Shown: one piece after another, positions 37,700-50,540 of the stretch
Position numbering within the stretch: the first letter of the stretch is position 1
How the letters are laid out: the number at the start of each line of letters is the position of its first letter
Assembly (NCBI RefSeq): GCF_036321535.1
Contig: NC_087436.1
Span: 89,964,001 to 90,028,000, forward strand
Source: Camelus dromedarius
Lineage: Eukaryota
Length of the DNA stretch: 64,000 bases
Direction: 5' to 3'
The notes under the pieces: model-generated
What the model was told of the DNA's origin: nothing
The model's input: the letters and a program-made list of their open reading frames with translations, nothing else
Database searches by the model: none
Program-made: the position numbers and the translations under genes

Positions 37700-39793
37700 T
37701 TCTATAGATGTATTGTCCAGTAAACTCAATTTTATCAGTCTGCTTCTTTCTATCTTTTGGATGTGTGCCTTGTTTAACAGAGCTTTCCCCATCCTAATAC
37801 TATGAGAACAACATCTATTGTTAGTGTGTTTTTCCAAGTGCTTTTACAGTTTTATTTCCTTCTTTATTTTTTTCTTTCTTCATTTTGTATATGAATTCTT
37901 TGATACATCTAAATTTTTGTTGTTGCTTTTTTTGTTTGTTTTATGTTATTTAGAGATCTTGCTAGCTGTCCTAGTGCTATTTATGGAGTAATCCGTTTTT
38001 GACCTACTGACTATAAATGCTACCTTTATCACATAATAAATACTGTGAACAGTTCATTCTCTTGCTAAAACTTTCATTCTATTGAATGGATCTATCTATT
38101 TTTTTTTTCCTGATCCAAAACAAAATACTTTTTATTTCTGTGTTCTTTTACATGTGTCTACTCCTTGGAGAAATACTGTCAATTTGTTTATTTTATTCAA
38201 ACTTTTCTTGGATATTTCCAAATGTTTATTACATATATATATATTTCAGAAACAGCTTTCCTAAATACAAATAATATTGGTAATTTTAATAGGACCATAA
38301 TATGACATATTAATTAGGAATACTTTACACTATAATAATATTACATATTTTATTGATGAAAATGGATTTGCTTTAGCTAACTCTTATGTCCTTTAGTAGT
38401 TTTGATTTTAGGGCTATTTATACATTTGGTTCAGCAGATGTCTTGAACTTTATTTTCATGTGCGATTTTATAAGAGGTATGTATACTTTCTTTCCTTATA
38501 CTTTTTAGTTGTTTACTTTCATTGTTTTTTGCAAAATAACTTGGTGTCAAGAATCATTATTTAAATACCTTATTTCATTTTAATAGTTTTTAATTAATTA
38601 TTTTGAATTTTCCAAGTATATAACCAACCAAGTGGAAATGTTGATTTTTTTCCTCTTTCTTTTTCAGTTTTATTCCTCCTACATTTTGCTTTTGACAAAT
38701 GACACTGAAAAGTGCAACCAAAAAGAGTAAATAATGATAATAATAGTGAATATTCTTTGTTATTTTACCATGGGTGCTATTTGTCAGAAATAAAGCATTA
38801 AGCTAGAAATTAGATTGAAATTTGTATATTACGATACCAAATAAATAACCATCTAAACTATTTTAAGAAGCACTTAAAGCGGAATTTGATATTGTACTTT
38901 ATCAACTATATTTTAAAATTCCATAAAGTTGATTATATGTTTATTCCATCATATTATTATAGTGAATATTTTCTAATGTTATTAAACTTCTCTTGCTTGT
39001 GGTGTATTAATTTTAAACTGCTGCTATAGCCTAATAATAATATATTGCATTTTTACATCAGAATATATCAGAGAGATTAGAATCTTTTGGTCAACTTTTT
39101 ACCTATTTTCAACTAAATGTTATGCTGTTTTTAAAATAACTTTCCGTAGAACTCCATGATTTAGAAGCTTTCTTTATCTCTTTATACTTTAAAACGCTTT
39201 AATGACTCTAGAACGATCTGTTTCTGGAATGTTTGAAAAAGTTCACCTCTGAACTTTTCTCAACTCTAGAACAATGTGTATTGAACTTCATGGTGAATAT
39301 GAATCATTGAGGATTTTGTCGGAATGCAGACTGATTTAAAAAATGTAGACTTGGATGCAAGATTCTCCACCTCTAATGAGCTCCCAAGTAATGCTGGTCC
39401 TGAGGACACACTTTGAGTAGCAAGGTCTAGAGTTTTTTCAAGGTTAAATTTTCTCTGTTACTTTCATGACAATGGGTCTCTCAGGTTTTTTTTTTTTTTT
39501 AATTTATAGGGGTAAATTTGGAAGTTACATTTTTCTAATTTTTTTTCTTTCATATCAGGTTTTAAAATCTATAAGAAAAAAGCTGACCAGATTCATAATT
39601 CTAAAAAAAGATTCTCCATCCTTACAGACTTGTTTACTTTTATAATATTATGAATTTAAATTCTATTTTATATTTATTTATTTTATTCTTTTAAAAGGAA
39701 TATCTCTTGATATTAACTTATGTTTACTGATTTTATGTATTTAATTGCTTAACTTATGCTTATATTTAACTTTTTTCTGGTTTTGTGTTATTT
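37700..39793 (-). mobile_element. Heavily degraded ancient L1 (L1ME-like), continuing after 40724
   Basis: T-skewed, with antisense ORF2 motifs (gctacctttatcacataataaat; tattggtaattttaatagga). Confidence 0.65.
39272..39424. mobile_element. MER5-family hAT-Charlie MITE
   Basis: ctctaatgagctcccaagtaatgctggtcctgaggacacactttgagtagcaag. 8-bp flanks ctctagaa / gtctagag fit the Charlie NTCTAGAN target preference. Confidence 0.8.
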
Positions 39794-39807
39794 TTTAATT
39801 TCAATTT

Positions 39808-40010
39808 TTTTAACATTTTTTATTGATTTATAATCATTTTACAATGTTGTGTCAAATTCCAGTGTAGAGCACAACTTTTCAATTATACATGAACATATAT
39901 ACACTCATTGTCACATTCCTTTCTCTGTGAGCTACCATAAGATCTTGTATATATTTCCCTGTGCTATACAGTATAATCCTGTTTATCTATTCTACAATTT
40001 TGAAATTCCA
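39808..40010 (-). mobile_element. Young L1 insertion, non-inverted 3' segment (3' UTR + tail)
   Basis: Reverse complement reads tggaatttcaaaattgtagaatagataaacagg...ctctacactggaatttgacacaacattgtaaaatgattataaatcaataaaaaatgttaaaa. Confidence 0.93.
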
Positions 40011-40708
40011 GGAAGACATACAAATGATCAATAGACACATGAAAAAATGCTCAGTATCACTAATTATCAGAGAAATGCAGATCAAAACTACAATGAGGTA
40101 TCACCTCACACCAGTCAGAATGGCCATCATTCAAAAGTCCACAAATGGCAAATGCTGGAGAGGCTGTGGAGAAAGGGGAACCCTCCTACACTGCTGGTGG
40201 GAATGCAGTTTGGTGCAGCCACCGTGGAAAACAGTATGGAGATTCCTCAAAAGACTAGGAATAGACTTACCATATGACCCAGGAATCCTGCTCCTGGGCT
40301 TATATCCAGAAGGAATCCTACTTCAGGATGACACCTGCACCTCAATGTTCATAGCAGCATTATTTACAATTGCCAAGACATGGAAACAGCCTAAATGTCC
40401 ATCAACAGGTGACTGGATAAAGAAGAGGTGGTATATTTATACAATGGAATACTACTCAGCCATAAAAACTGACAACATAACGCCATTTGCAGCAACATGG
40501 ATGCTCCTGGAGAATGTCATTCTAAGTGAAGTAAGCCAGAAAGAGAAAGAAAAATACCATATGAGATCGCTCAGATATGGAATCTAAAAAAAAATCAAAA
40601 ACAAACAAACAAACAAAGCATAAATACAGAACAGAAATAGACTCATAGACATAGAATACAGACTTGTGGTTGCCAAGTGGGTGGGGAGTGGGAAGAGATA
40701 GACTGGGA
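40011..40708 (+). mobile_element. Young L1 insertion, inverted 5' segment encoding an uninterrupted ORF2p C-terminus
   Basis: ORF 39961-40587 contains [14 protein letters not shown]...[19 protein letters not shown]...WKQPKCPS...YGI*, the ORF2p cysteine-rich C-terminal domain. 3' UTR follows, up to gactggga. Confidence 0.95.
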
Positions 40709-41779
40709 TTTAATTTTCAATTTCTTGAGTTAGATGTTTAACTCATATAATGTTAATTGATAATAACTGTATTATTACTTCATCATAGTAATAATCTTTA
40801 ATAATTTTATTAAGCTATACTTTATAAAATTCACACATTTCAAGTATAAAAAGTTAACAATTATTGATTTTACCATATTGTGCATCCATCACCATAAAAT
40901 CAGCTTTAGGATATTTCACAATCCCAATATAATATTACTTTTTGATAAAAACTAGGAATGTTTTTCTACAGATTTTTACTGTATTCTTTAGCCTTATCAT
41001 ATAGTTTTACTTCTTAATGTCTTAATTGTTAGTACTTTCTAGTCATTCTGCAATTTTAGTGTTTTTGACCAATTTTTTTTAAATTAAGAAAGAAGATATA
41101 TCTACACCTCCATATTATGTACTTGGGATTTTATTTAATATTTACTAAATTAACTCTTATTTTTATTGTACCATGTTGTAGTTCTCAGGCTTCTAGAATA
41201 TCATAACCTTCTGGTTCCTCATCTTCCCTTTTTTGTATTATTCTTAAGTCCTCTGGTCTCCTTTTACACAACTGTTTCCTGAAGACTTTATTATTTTTCC
41301 TATTTCCTCTTTCTCTCTTTCTCTTTCTCTTCTTGTTTCTCCCTCTCTCTCCCTCTCTCTCTGCCTCTCTCTGACCATATTTTTACCTGGGTATTACTCA
41401 ACCACAAAGCTTAATTACCACTCCTTTATTAAGTTTCATACCTACATATCCACCATATACTGCTTGCCAAGCTACAGACTTATCGAATGGCGGAGGAACA
41501 TCTCCCTTGGAATAACAATGCATAAGCACCTAAATGTAAAATGTTCAGAACAGAGTCCATTGACTTTTGCACCTTATCCCTTAACACCCCTATATGCCTT
41601 TTTGCTTATTCAAAGCCAAGTAAATTACAAGATACTGTTACCTGCCTTAGAAAGAAAGCCTGTTGTGCTGTATCTTGGGCATGTTGGTTTGGAGTGTGCT
41701 CTGCCCTAGTTTCTCTCTGCATTAATGTCCCCCTTCCTGCTTCTCCATTGTCAAATCCCTTCATTTACATAACTTACAT

Positions 41780-41995
41780 TTCAGTGTATGGTTAAAGGCA
41801 TGGACTCTGGCACCAGACTGCCTTCTTTCAAATCTGATTCAATCAGTGTGACTTTGAGTCTCTCTGTGAACTTAACCTCTCTGCCTCATAAAATAGTACA
41901 ACCATTACAGGGCTGTAACAATGATTTAATAATGAACATATAAAGCAGTGGTGCCTGGCAAAAAATTAGAACCCAGGAAATGTTTGCTCTTATTT
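41780..41995 (+). mobile_element. MIR SINE
   Basis: ggttaaaggcatggactctggcaccagactgcc..ttcaaatc...cttaacctctctgcctca...gtgcctggca. Confidence 0.85.
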
Positions 41996-42348
41996 TAGGT
42001 CCAAAATTATCTCTTTCCCATTACAAAAATCAAAAAGCTTGAGAAACAAAAAGGATTTTAGAATTTATTTGGCAAGAAAATCAACCCTAGCCTGACGTGG
42101 ACTTACTTGGATACAAGACCTGATTTGAACTAAAGTGACACTATAATGTTATTTATAAATTACAGTGTATATTTACATTTCTACACAGAAATAGAAATGT
42201 TTTGAATACTGGAGTACTGCCCCAAATCTCATTAGAGATGTTACATAATATACTAAATATGTACCATCTTATCTTTCTAAAATGTGAAAAATTCTGAAGT
42301 CAGAAATGCATCTGGCTCCAGGATTTCAGAAAAAGGATAGTGAATTGT
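41996..42348. mobile_element. TcMar-Tigger non-autonomous element (MER46C-like)
   Basis: Degenerate termini taggtccaaaatt.. / ..aaggatagtgaattgta. Internal gtactgccccaaatctc..gttacataatatac..aaaattctgaagtcagaaatgcatctggctcca. Confidence 0.6.
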
Positions 42349-42359
42349 ACTACAGTTTA

Positions 42360-43030
42360 GACCTTAGCTTCAGTATTACCCTCTTGTGAAAGCCTTTCCT
42401 GAATTCCAAAATATCTCTTATGTGCTGTAATTGTGCCTTAAATTTATCCTATCATAGCGTTTTTGAACTATTTTATTTGTCTATAAAGTGTGTGCTTTTT
42501 TATTCAACATAGTACCTGGCAACTAGTAGTATTCAGCAATTATGTATTGCAGACTATCTGAATAAATGTATTGGGTAGAACATCCTTACACCAAAACAGA
42601 CAGTCATATTAACACTTATTTAGTGCCTTGCTGAGCAATAAATTTATTGCATAAATTCATTGATGCAACAATGAATGAGACACAGAATCTGCCTCTGAGT
42701 CAATTATAACATAGTGGTTAAAACAAGAATATTGACATGCGATTCACTTTTAAAAAGATTCATACTCTGATAGTGAAATCCACAAGGTGCTATGGGTACT
42801 TTGAAGAAGCACCTTTGGAATTCTGGAAATATTTCCTAGAAAAAAAAGACATTTGAGCTGAGAGTTGAAGGAGGAAATGCTGTTAATTCCACGAAGAGAG
42901 AGTACTCTGAGAAGACATAGCTAAGGCTATGAGCAAAGGCGTGAAAGCATGGAACTGCCAGATGAGCATGAGGAATCAGAAGCATAATGATCTCCTGGCA
43001 ACGAGGACGAGTAGGAGAGGAAATTAACAA
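42360..43030. mobile_element. Two opposed L2 3'-end fragments (+ ~42360-42570, - ~42600-43030)
   Basis: catagtacctggcaactagtagtattcagcaattatgtattg (sense tail). cacttatttagtgcct...atgaatgagacacagaatctgcctct (antisense tail). Confidence 0.55.
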
Positions 43031-43658
43031 GAGCCAGAGTCAACTGATATCCCTCCTGGAGATTAACAATCATTGTTTTTCATTTGTAAATGAGAGCTCC
43101 AGACAGCAAGTGATAACTGTGCATGAGAAGAATAAACTCTTCATCTATACTAATTGACTGACTCTTCCAAGGGAGGGTCCCCTAACCTGAGATTTTCTTT
43201 AAATTTAACCTTTAACTAACCATAGTTATTTAATGATTGGGTTCTATAAACATTGGTTTTCTTGTCTGAAAATTATACTGCTTGATTTCTGCCTCTTGCG
43301 AAGATGACAAGAGAGGAAGTACAAAATTATCTTTGTCTGAATAGGTGACTATAAAAAATCCAGGATACAATAAATGTCTAAGTTATTATCAAGATGACTG
43401 AAGATTAGAACATCCTGCTTTGAAATAATTTTGTTAGTAATATTTTGAAAGAATATTAAAAAAATTCAAATTACTGCCCTAAGGAAGGTTAAGATTAGGA
43501 TTTACTAGATAATCTTCAATATGAACAGCTGGACTAGTGACCTTTATTGCAATAAGAAGAGGAGAACATCATCAGATCTCTAGAGAAATCCTTCATGTTG
43601 TTGGCTTTTACAAACCTTGTATACAGTGTTCAACCTTATCCTATTTAAAATACAGCTA

Positions 43659-44106
43659 CATGGTGCACCAGGAACTAACATAGTGTTGGGGGTCAATTAT
43701 ACTTCAAAAACAAAGAAACTCAAAAAAAACAAACAAACCCAGATTTATGGTTATCAAGGGCAGGGGTGGGAGGAGGGGGGATTGGATGAAGGTGGGTCAA
43801 AAGGTAAAAATTTCCAGATAAAAGAAAATAAGTACTAGGGACGTAGTAATGTACAGTATGATAAATATAATAAACACTGCTATATGTTACATTAGAAAAT
43901 TGTTAAAAGAGTAAATCATAATAGTTGTCACAAGGAAAAGTAGATTTTTTTCTATTTCTTTTTTTATATGAAATGATGAATGTTCACTAAACTTACTGTA
44001 GTAATCATTTCATGATGTATGTAAGTCAAATCATTAGCTTACAGACTTTAAACTTGTACAGTGTCAATTATTTCTCAATAAAACTGGAAAAAATCAAACC
44101 AAAAAA
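43659..44106 (+). mobile_element. L1-family 3' end (cetartiodactyl-type) with poly(A) and TSD
   Basis: agatttatggttatcaaggg...tttctcaataaaactggaaa followed by an A-run. aaaatacagcta (43647-58) and aaaatacaacta (44107-18) match at 11/12, with a TTT/AAAA endonuclease site. Confidence 0.88.
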
Positions 44107-44739
44107 AAAATACAACTATTTTCACAATATTGATGACGAGACATTGAGTTAAAGCAGAGGAAAGAAATGACAAATAGAGCTGCAAACTGGTCCCTATTGT
44201 AGCTTCTGTTCTCAGACATCTATTCTGGTTCCTTAGTTCAAATTGTGCATTGAAAATATAAATTATCTTTTTCTGGAATATTTGGAAACTTAATTTCTTC
44301 CTGTAAATACAACAATGAATTGTGTTCTGCTATTTGACTTCTATGCATCACGTTGGCTTTTAGGACGTAAAGAACCAAAGTAAGCAGGAAACCATGTCCA
44401 CATGAGAGCAATAATAATCAACAGAAAACTGGTTGCATTGAACAATATGAAGACAAACCCATGGACAAAAAAGAGACTTTCCTTGTCTAAATTTTTTTAA
44501 ATCACAACTCCATTGGATCTTTGGTCATTACTCAATATTGAAATAGGGTTATACCTATAAAAGTCTGAGAGGCAGAGGGTAAATATGGTACTTATTTCAT
44601 TGACTAACAGAGAAAGGGTCATTTATTCAGACATTACCTTCAAAAAATTAGTTATCAGAAGGATGAGGTGAAAACCATAAAATCAAAAGTCTTCCAAGCA
44701 TTTTTTTTTCTCTTTAGGTATAATGGAGTCAGTAGAATA

Positions 44740-44865
44740 TAAATTCCACAAGGAGCTACCTTGTATGTGGTTTATTCTGCAAGGACTCCCCTGAGCCTCC
44801 ACAGTACCTGGAAACTGGCATGTGATAAAAAATAAAATACAATGTTAAATGAATGAATGAAGAAT
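44740..44865 (+). mobile_element. L2 3' terminus
   Basis: cacagtacctgg...tgttaaatgaatgaatgaa (TGAA)n tail. Confidence 0.65.
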
Positions 44866-46095
44866 GACGGTAAAATGAGACATTTAATGACAAGGAAGGA
44901 GGGGAGTACTTATATGCTTTTAGTAATTACCTTATTTAACCCTCAGAATAAGTCAGGAAGGTGGGTATTATTATCTTAGTTTTATGAATGAGAAAATAAA
45001 AGCAAAGTTAGAATGTACCTCACCCAAAGTATGTATGTATGGATTTATATAGACATATTCATACTATAAAACTAATGTGTGTATATATGCACGTATCTAT
45101 CACCTATTTTACCCCTTACCCACTTGTCCATATGCCTATCAGCACGTCTAAAAGATCATAGAAGCACCATAGATCCACCTTCTTTTCCTCTTATTAAGGG
45201 TCTTATATTTAACATGCAGATTAAATAAAATCTTAGAATGAATTAATATTTAGCTTTGTATAATACTACAAGGTCATAAGGTGATTTAAAAAGCAAAACT
45301 TTCTCTGCTCTCTCTTTCCCTCTCCTTCCCTCTCATATATAATAATGGATTTCTGTATATAATAATTGATTTGTCTAGCTTTCTTCTCAATGACTTAGAA
45401 AAAGACATTTGTGTTTCCAAATTTTAGCTACTTCACTAATTCAGAACTTTTATTCATTTCCATGAAAACCCTGGCATTTCTTTAGACTTCACACAAATTA
45501 CAGCGTAATATATTTTCCAAGTTATTTGAATTTGTGTCTAGGGATGTCAAAGGGACAAGAGCTTAAAAGATAGACACAGTGAATCAGAGAGCTAAGGAGA
45601 TACAAAATTTAAAGTAGTATATTCGTTTTGATTGTGCTAACCTTTCCCAACTGACTTTGAATAAAATTACTTTTGGAAAAGAATGAGTGTTCAGAGGCTT
45701 TAGGTTGTTGAGAAAATGAGGTCAGTACATAAATGGTAGTTAAACAAATCCATAAAAATGATGACTTGAAATTCAAGTGTACTTGGAGGAAGTATTTATC
45801 AAGTCATATAAAAGATGTTCCCCTAAAACTTAGGCTTCTTGACATTGACCATTTGGGGATTATTTAGTAAGGCATTTGAAAATATCTTAATATATCATTT
45901 TCAGAACTCATTCTTTATAAATAATTCAACTACTTCATTGTGATTTGTGTTCATCTGAAAAAGACTTCAGGTCCTTTTTTGCTAAATACTGGGCCAAAAA
46001 GTGGAATCCAATTCATTTTATTTTCCAGTAATGAAAATATTACAAATTGTTCAGAGAGACAAGTCCATTAGATAAAGAGTGCTGCTTAGCCTGAT

Positions 46096-46474
46096 TACAG
46101 ACTCTGTACTATTACATTTCTAGCCAGAAAATATAAAAATTTTAGTTTTTGTGTAAATAGATGTGGATAAATTAATGTAAATCTCCTTGCAAGTTTGAGG
46201 TGGCTGTGTGACTTGATTTGACTAATGGGTGTGTGTTTTTTCTGACTGGAAGCTTTAAAATCCACTGCATGATTAATCATATTTTGTTCCTCCTGCTACA
46301 GTAACCTTCAGGACGAGACAAGGTGGAGTCCTTGTCAGTCCAGGTCTCTGACTACACTGAGTAGAGCTCCTCTGCTGACCTTTACTGCACCTGGAACACA
46401 CCTGAGAAATGTACCTGTTAATTCTGTTTTTGTTTGTTTCTGAAATATAATTTAGTCTCTTATGACTGGTACAC
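46096..46474 (+). mobile_element. MaLR LTR (MLT1I/J-like)
   Basis: ccttgcaagtttgaggtggctgtgtgacttgatttgactaatgg...ggaagctttaa...agagctcctctgctgacc...tgactggtaca. Confidence 0.65.
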
Positions 46475-49400
46475 TATAATTTGGAAAAACATTGTTTCTA
46501 TATACAAATAGTATTTAGGCATATTTGAAAGTATAGAGAAAGTCACACATTAAAATAATTAATAGTTTTATCCAAAAATACTAAACACATATGCTACAGG
46601 TGCTATGGTGGCTAGGAATAAATAATCAATCATTGTGATATATGACTATGCTAATTAAAATCTCGTTCATGGTCAGTGAGAGAAGAAATCTGACAATAAT
46701 TGTATGTCTAGTACAGTATAGGGGCCCAGTAGGCACTCCATAGACAATTTTTTTTTCCTTTGTCTTTTAACTAGCAAGGCCATTAACGACTTTATCTTAA
46801 ACAGGAGTTTAGAATTTGACTAAAATCAGTATTAGTCATGCAAACTTATAATACTGAGTTCCCAGGTTATTGCATTAATAAAAACTCACTCAGCTCTTTC
46901 TTTCAGAGTTTTTAATCAAAGCTTAAAGCCCCAAATTATCAGTGATTACTTTCTCTAGTATAAAATAGCCATACTAAAGGGTTTGTGTGTATTGATCACT
47001 TACAAGTTAATATAAATCCTGAATCATATGTTTATATGTGCCATTAAATGATTGATTTGTCAGTGCTGATATATCCTATAGGCCATGTTTCCTCATATCT
47101 ACATGCTTATACATATGATGTTTAACACACATTCACTGAGTGCCTAATAAAGTGCCATACACTATGATCAGAGAGAGCTGTTACTCTTCTGGAAATGCCC
47201 ATTTATTCTCTGAGGTCTGACTTTCTGGATTTGTAAAAGAGGCTTTGCTAACAATTTTATATATTTTAATGTTCAGAATAGTATGTGACATAAAAATGAT
47301 AGAAAGAAGCAACTAAACCTGATTGGGTTTAATGTATTTCCATAGTATACACTTTCTCATGATGAAAATGACCATTTATATCCAGGTAATATCCAAAGTC
47401 TGACAAATTTCTGCCGCTATTCCTCCTGCCACCACTTTAAATTTCATCTTTATCATTTCACAGAAATGACCACAGGAACTTTTCCCTGACTTAACTACAT
47501 CCAGTCCTCCTTCCTTCCATTAATTCTGCATTAAGTCACTAGAGTAAACCTCCTGTCTCTACTTTGTACAAATAAAACAAAGCAAGCATAGTAATACCAG
47601 AGTCAGCAATCCTAAGACTATCTTCAAATCTCTTTCATCTTCTATATCCAAGTAAGATGAACCACATATCCCTACCTTACTAGAGCAGGCAGTTGTTGAC
47701 CAGTATTTCAGCAAGGGCTTGTCTTTCCAAATACTGATTAAATTCCATCTTGAAGAATTTGTTCCATCACTAAACTCCTGAATCACTTTTATCCCATAAA
47801 CCTCATTTGGTACTTATTATTTATTGCATAGTATTATGAATTCCTTTGTACTGTGTCCACATGTTATTTCTGAAACTAAATTTTAAACTTAGGGAAAGTA
47901 AGCATGTTGTATTTCCTTCCAAAATATCTATGACATTTAAAGGGTACGTTTATCAATGTGATTCTAAAAACTGATACTTTACTAAATTTTTGAAAAAAAA
48001 TCATTGAAAATTGGCACATTGGCAAGAATTTATATGAGAATACGAGAATTACCCTCAAACATGAGAAACAAGCTTACTAAATACAAATCTTCTGAGAATT
48101 AAAAAAAATTATATTCCCTAATCTGCAGAAACTTTTAGCAGTCTTCAAGATCCCTTTTTGAGAAAACTACTTAAATAAGATAATTCATCTTTCCTTTCCA
48201 ATGCCTAGCCTTCAGGTTTTGGCATTTATAAATCATTATCCAAGCAGGGTGACTTTTATTTTAGTATGATAACATTATCTCAAGAAGGATGGAAATAAAA
48301 AAGATATCAAAAGTATCTTTTAGAAGAGAAATGTGGTTAAAAAAGAAGAATGTTTGCTCTGTCAGAGCAAACAAAAGATAAAGTGGTGAAAAATTGTGTT
48401 TGTCAGTGAGTAAGCAGAGCCTATATGTTAATGAAACAATAGGAGATGAGTTGTAAAATTAGATACAAAAACAAATATTGAAAAAGACAAGGAGAATTCA
48501 TAAAATTCAAGGAAAATGCACAGAATTTCAAGCCAAACTTTTGCCAGTGTTGTGGAGTTAAAATCACACACTGAGGGGGATCATGCCTTTCTCATTCTCT
48601 GGCACACAGTTGGGAGCAGAAAAACAGCAGAGTAAAGGATTATAAAATCCCAGATGTTTTATGAGCAGATAGTCACTCTATCTACTTCTCTAAGAATCTC
48701 AGAGGCCAGTGGAAAGAAGATAGTTATGTCAGTTTACAAAGACTAACTATCCAATTGCTTAAATACTTGAGATTAAAAGGTAAATCCTACAAATGGGCTC
48801 ATACTCTTTTCTTCCAGATCACCTTTAAGAAGTTATAATTCCAGATTAATATTTGTAAAATACTTGGAACCAGAAAGATATATCTGATTTTGAGACTTTT
48901 AGAGAAATAACAAAAACAAATTAATTTCTAAAAAAATAAATAAATAAATAAGAGCTTACAATTAAATCCAACACAATAGTAAATGCTTTCAGAGAGAGAT
49001 GATAAGGCAATTCACCTCTGGTGAATCTTGGTGATGATCAGCTAAAGGGTCAGATTCTCCCTTGCCCAGTACACAGAGAAAACAAATTTCATCCATCCTA
49101 GAAACAGTCTTCATTCATGGGGCTGTTACATCTTTAGAGTTCCTAGATCGAATCTCTGCTCTTCCTAGTATTTGAAAACCTAACTTTTCCCCTTGCTTTA
49201 CCTCACCACACCAGATTAAATTTCTATACTGTACAGCAGACCTCCTCTACTCACACTTCCTTCAGTCTCATTCAGTCCACAAAACTCCTAAGGTTAGACT
49301 GCCATATCTTTTTGTTCAACTGTAAATGGTTTTTCATGCCATACCTCCAATCTAGAGACGGTGACTTGTGTACCAAACAATGGCAGGTGCCCAATCAGGC

Positions 49401-50417
49401 ATCAAGTCTTGTCATAGAAGACTAAAGAAACAGGCAGCAAGCTGATTGCTCAAAAAACACTGCTCACTGTGCTTGATGACAACTCTGACTTCTTTTAAAG
49501 ATGGAAAGAACAATATTTTACTATAAAAGAGCTCCAGGTTTGCTATTGTCACAACTCATCTTTGATTAAAAAATATTAAAATATATGGGTAGCTTCAGCA
49601 ACAAGTGTATGCTGATAATGTGCAAAATTTTCAAAGGAAATGTAGCTTTAAATTCTTCCACTTGCCCTTAAAACACAGAAATAATCTGATCCACAGAGAC
49701 TACTGGTCACTACGGGGGTGTAAATACCACCTGGGAAAAGTTTATTGACGTTCCCACATATACAAATGGTAGAATCATTACTTAACAATGTGTGCTAAAT
49801 TAATGCCACGTGGTATGGGGAAGACTGACTGCCAAAACCCTGACCCACAAAGTTGTTGCTTTTGTGATATAAATATTTGTATTATATTTGGATCTTATTC
49901 TCTGAAATTTTTCATTCTTGCTTTTATTTCTTTCTCTCTCTCCCCCTTTCTTGCTCTCTCTCTCTTTTTAAAACAGATTCTTAATGGGAAGACTTTCTCT
50001 CTTTTTCAATACAGGGTAAGTGTTCAGTCATATATATATATAATGTATATGTATACAAAAATGTAGAGAATTTATATATAGAATGTATATTATATATAAT
50101 GTGTATATAATATACTACATATTTGTATCTAGCTTTTATAATATAAAAACATTAATATTTTATATGTTTTCAAATGTTTCTTGTTTCTCAGCCTAAACAT
50201 TCACAACTTCTATGAATTACCTTTCATAGATCTTTCTCAGGCACGGGTCTCACCCCAGTGGCTCCCAGTCTCTACATTACCATTATCATGTTCTCGCTCC
50301 TTGTCTTTCAGACTTGCTCATCTTTAGCTTTAGATTCTCCCTTTTAGTTTTAGGCTAATTTTTACTTCTGTTATTCTTACAGGTCTGCCATATTGATGAT
50401 ATCTAGAAAGGGAAGGA

Positions 50418-50540
50418 TAGGTATTTTACGTTTATGATGTGATTTTAGAAGGGATTTTTTTTTTTTACTATCCTTTTCTGATATTTCATTGTTAGTGTAG
50501 AGAAATGCAACTGATTTCTGTATGTTAATCTTGTATCCTG
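50418..50540 (-). mobile_element. Isolated internal L1 ORF2 fragment (~120 bp)
   Basis: taggtatttt...ttctgatatttcattgttagtgtagagaaatgcaactgatttctgtatgttaatcttgtatcctg is well-preserved antisense ORF2 sequence with no L1 3' end attached. Confidence 0.85.

Noticed and set aside
50383..50420. 38-nt exon following the 39-nt candidate
   Set aside because: The apparent donor (tag|gtattt) is the edge of the L1 fragment and is weak. Only the acceptor is noted.
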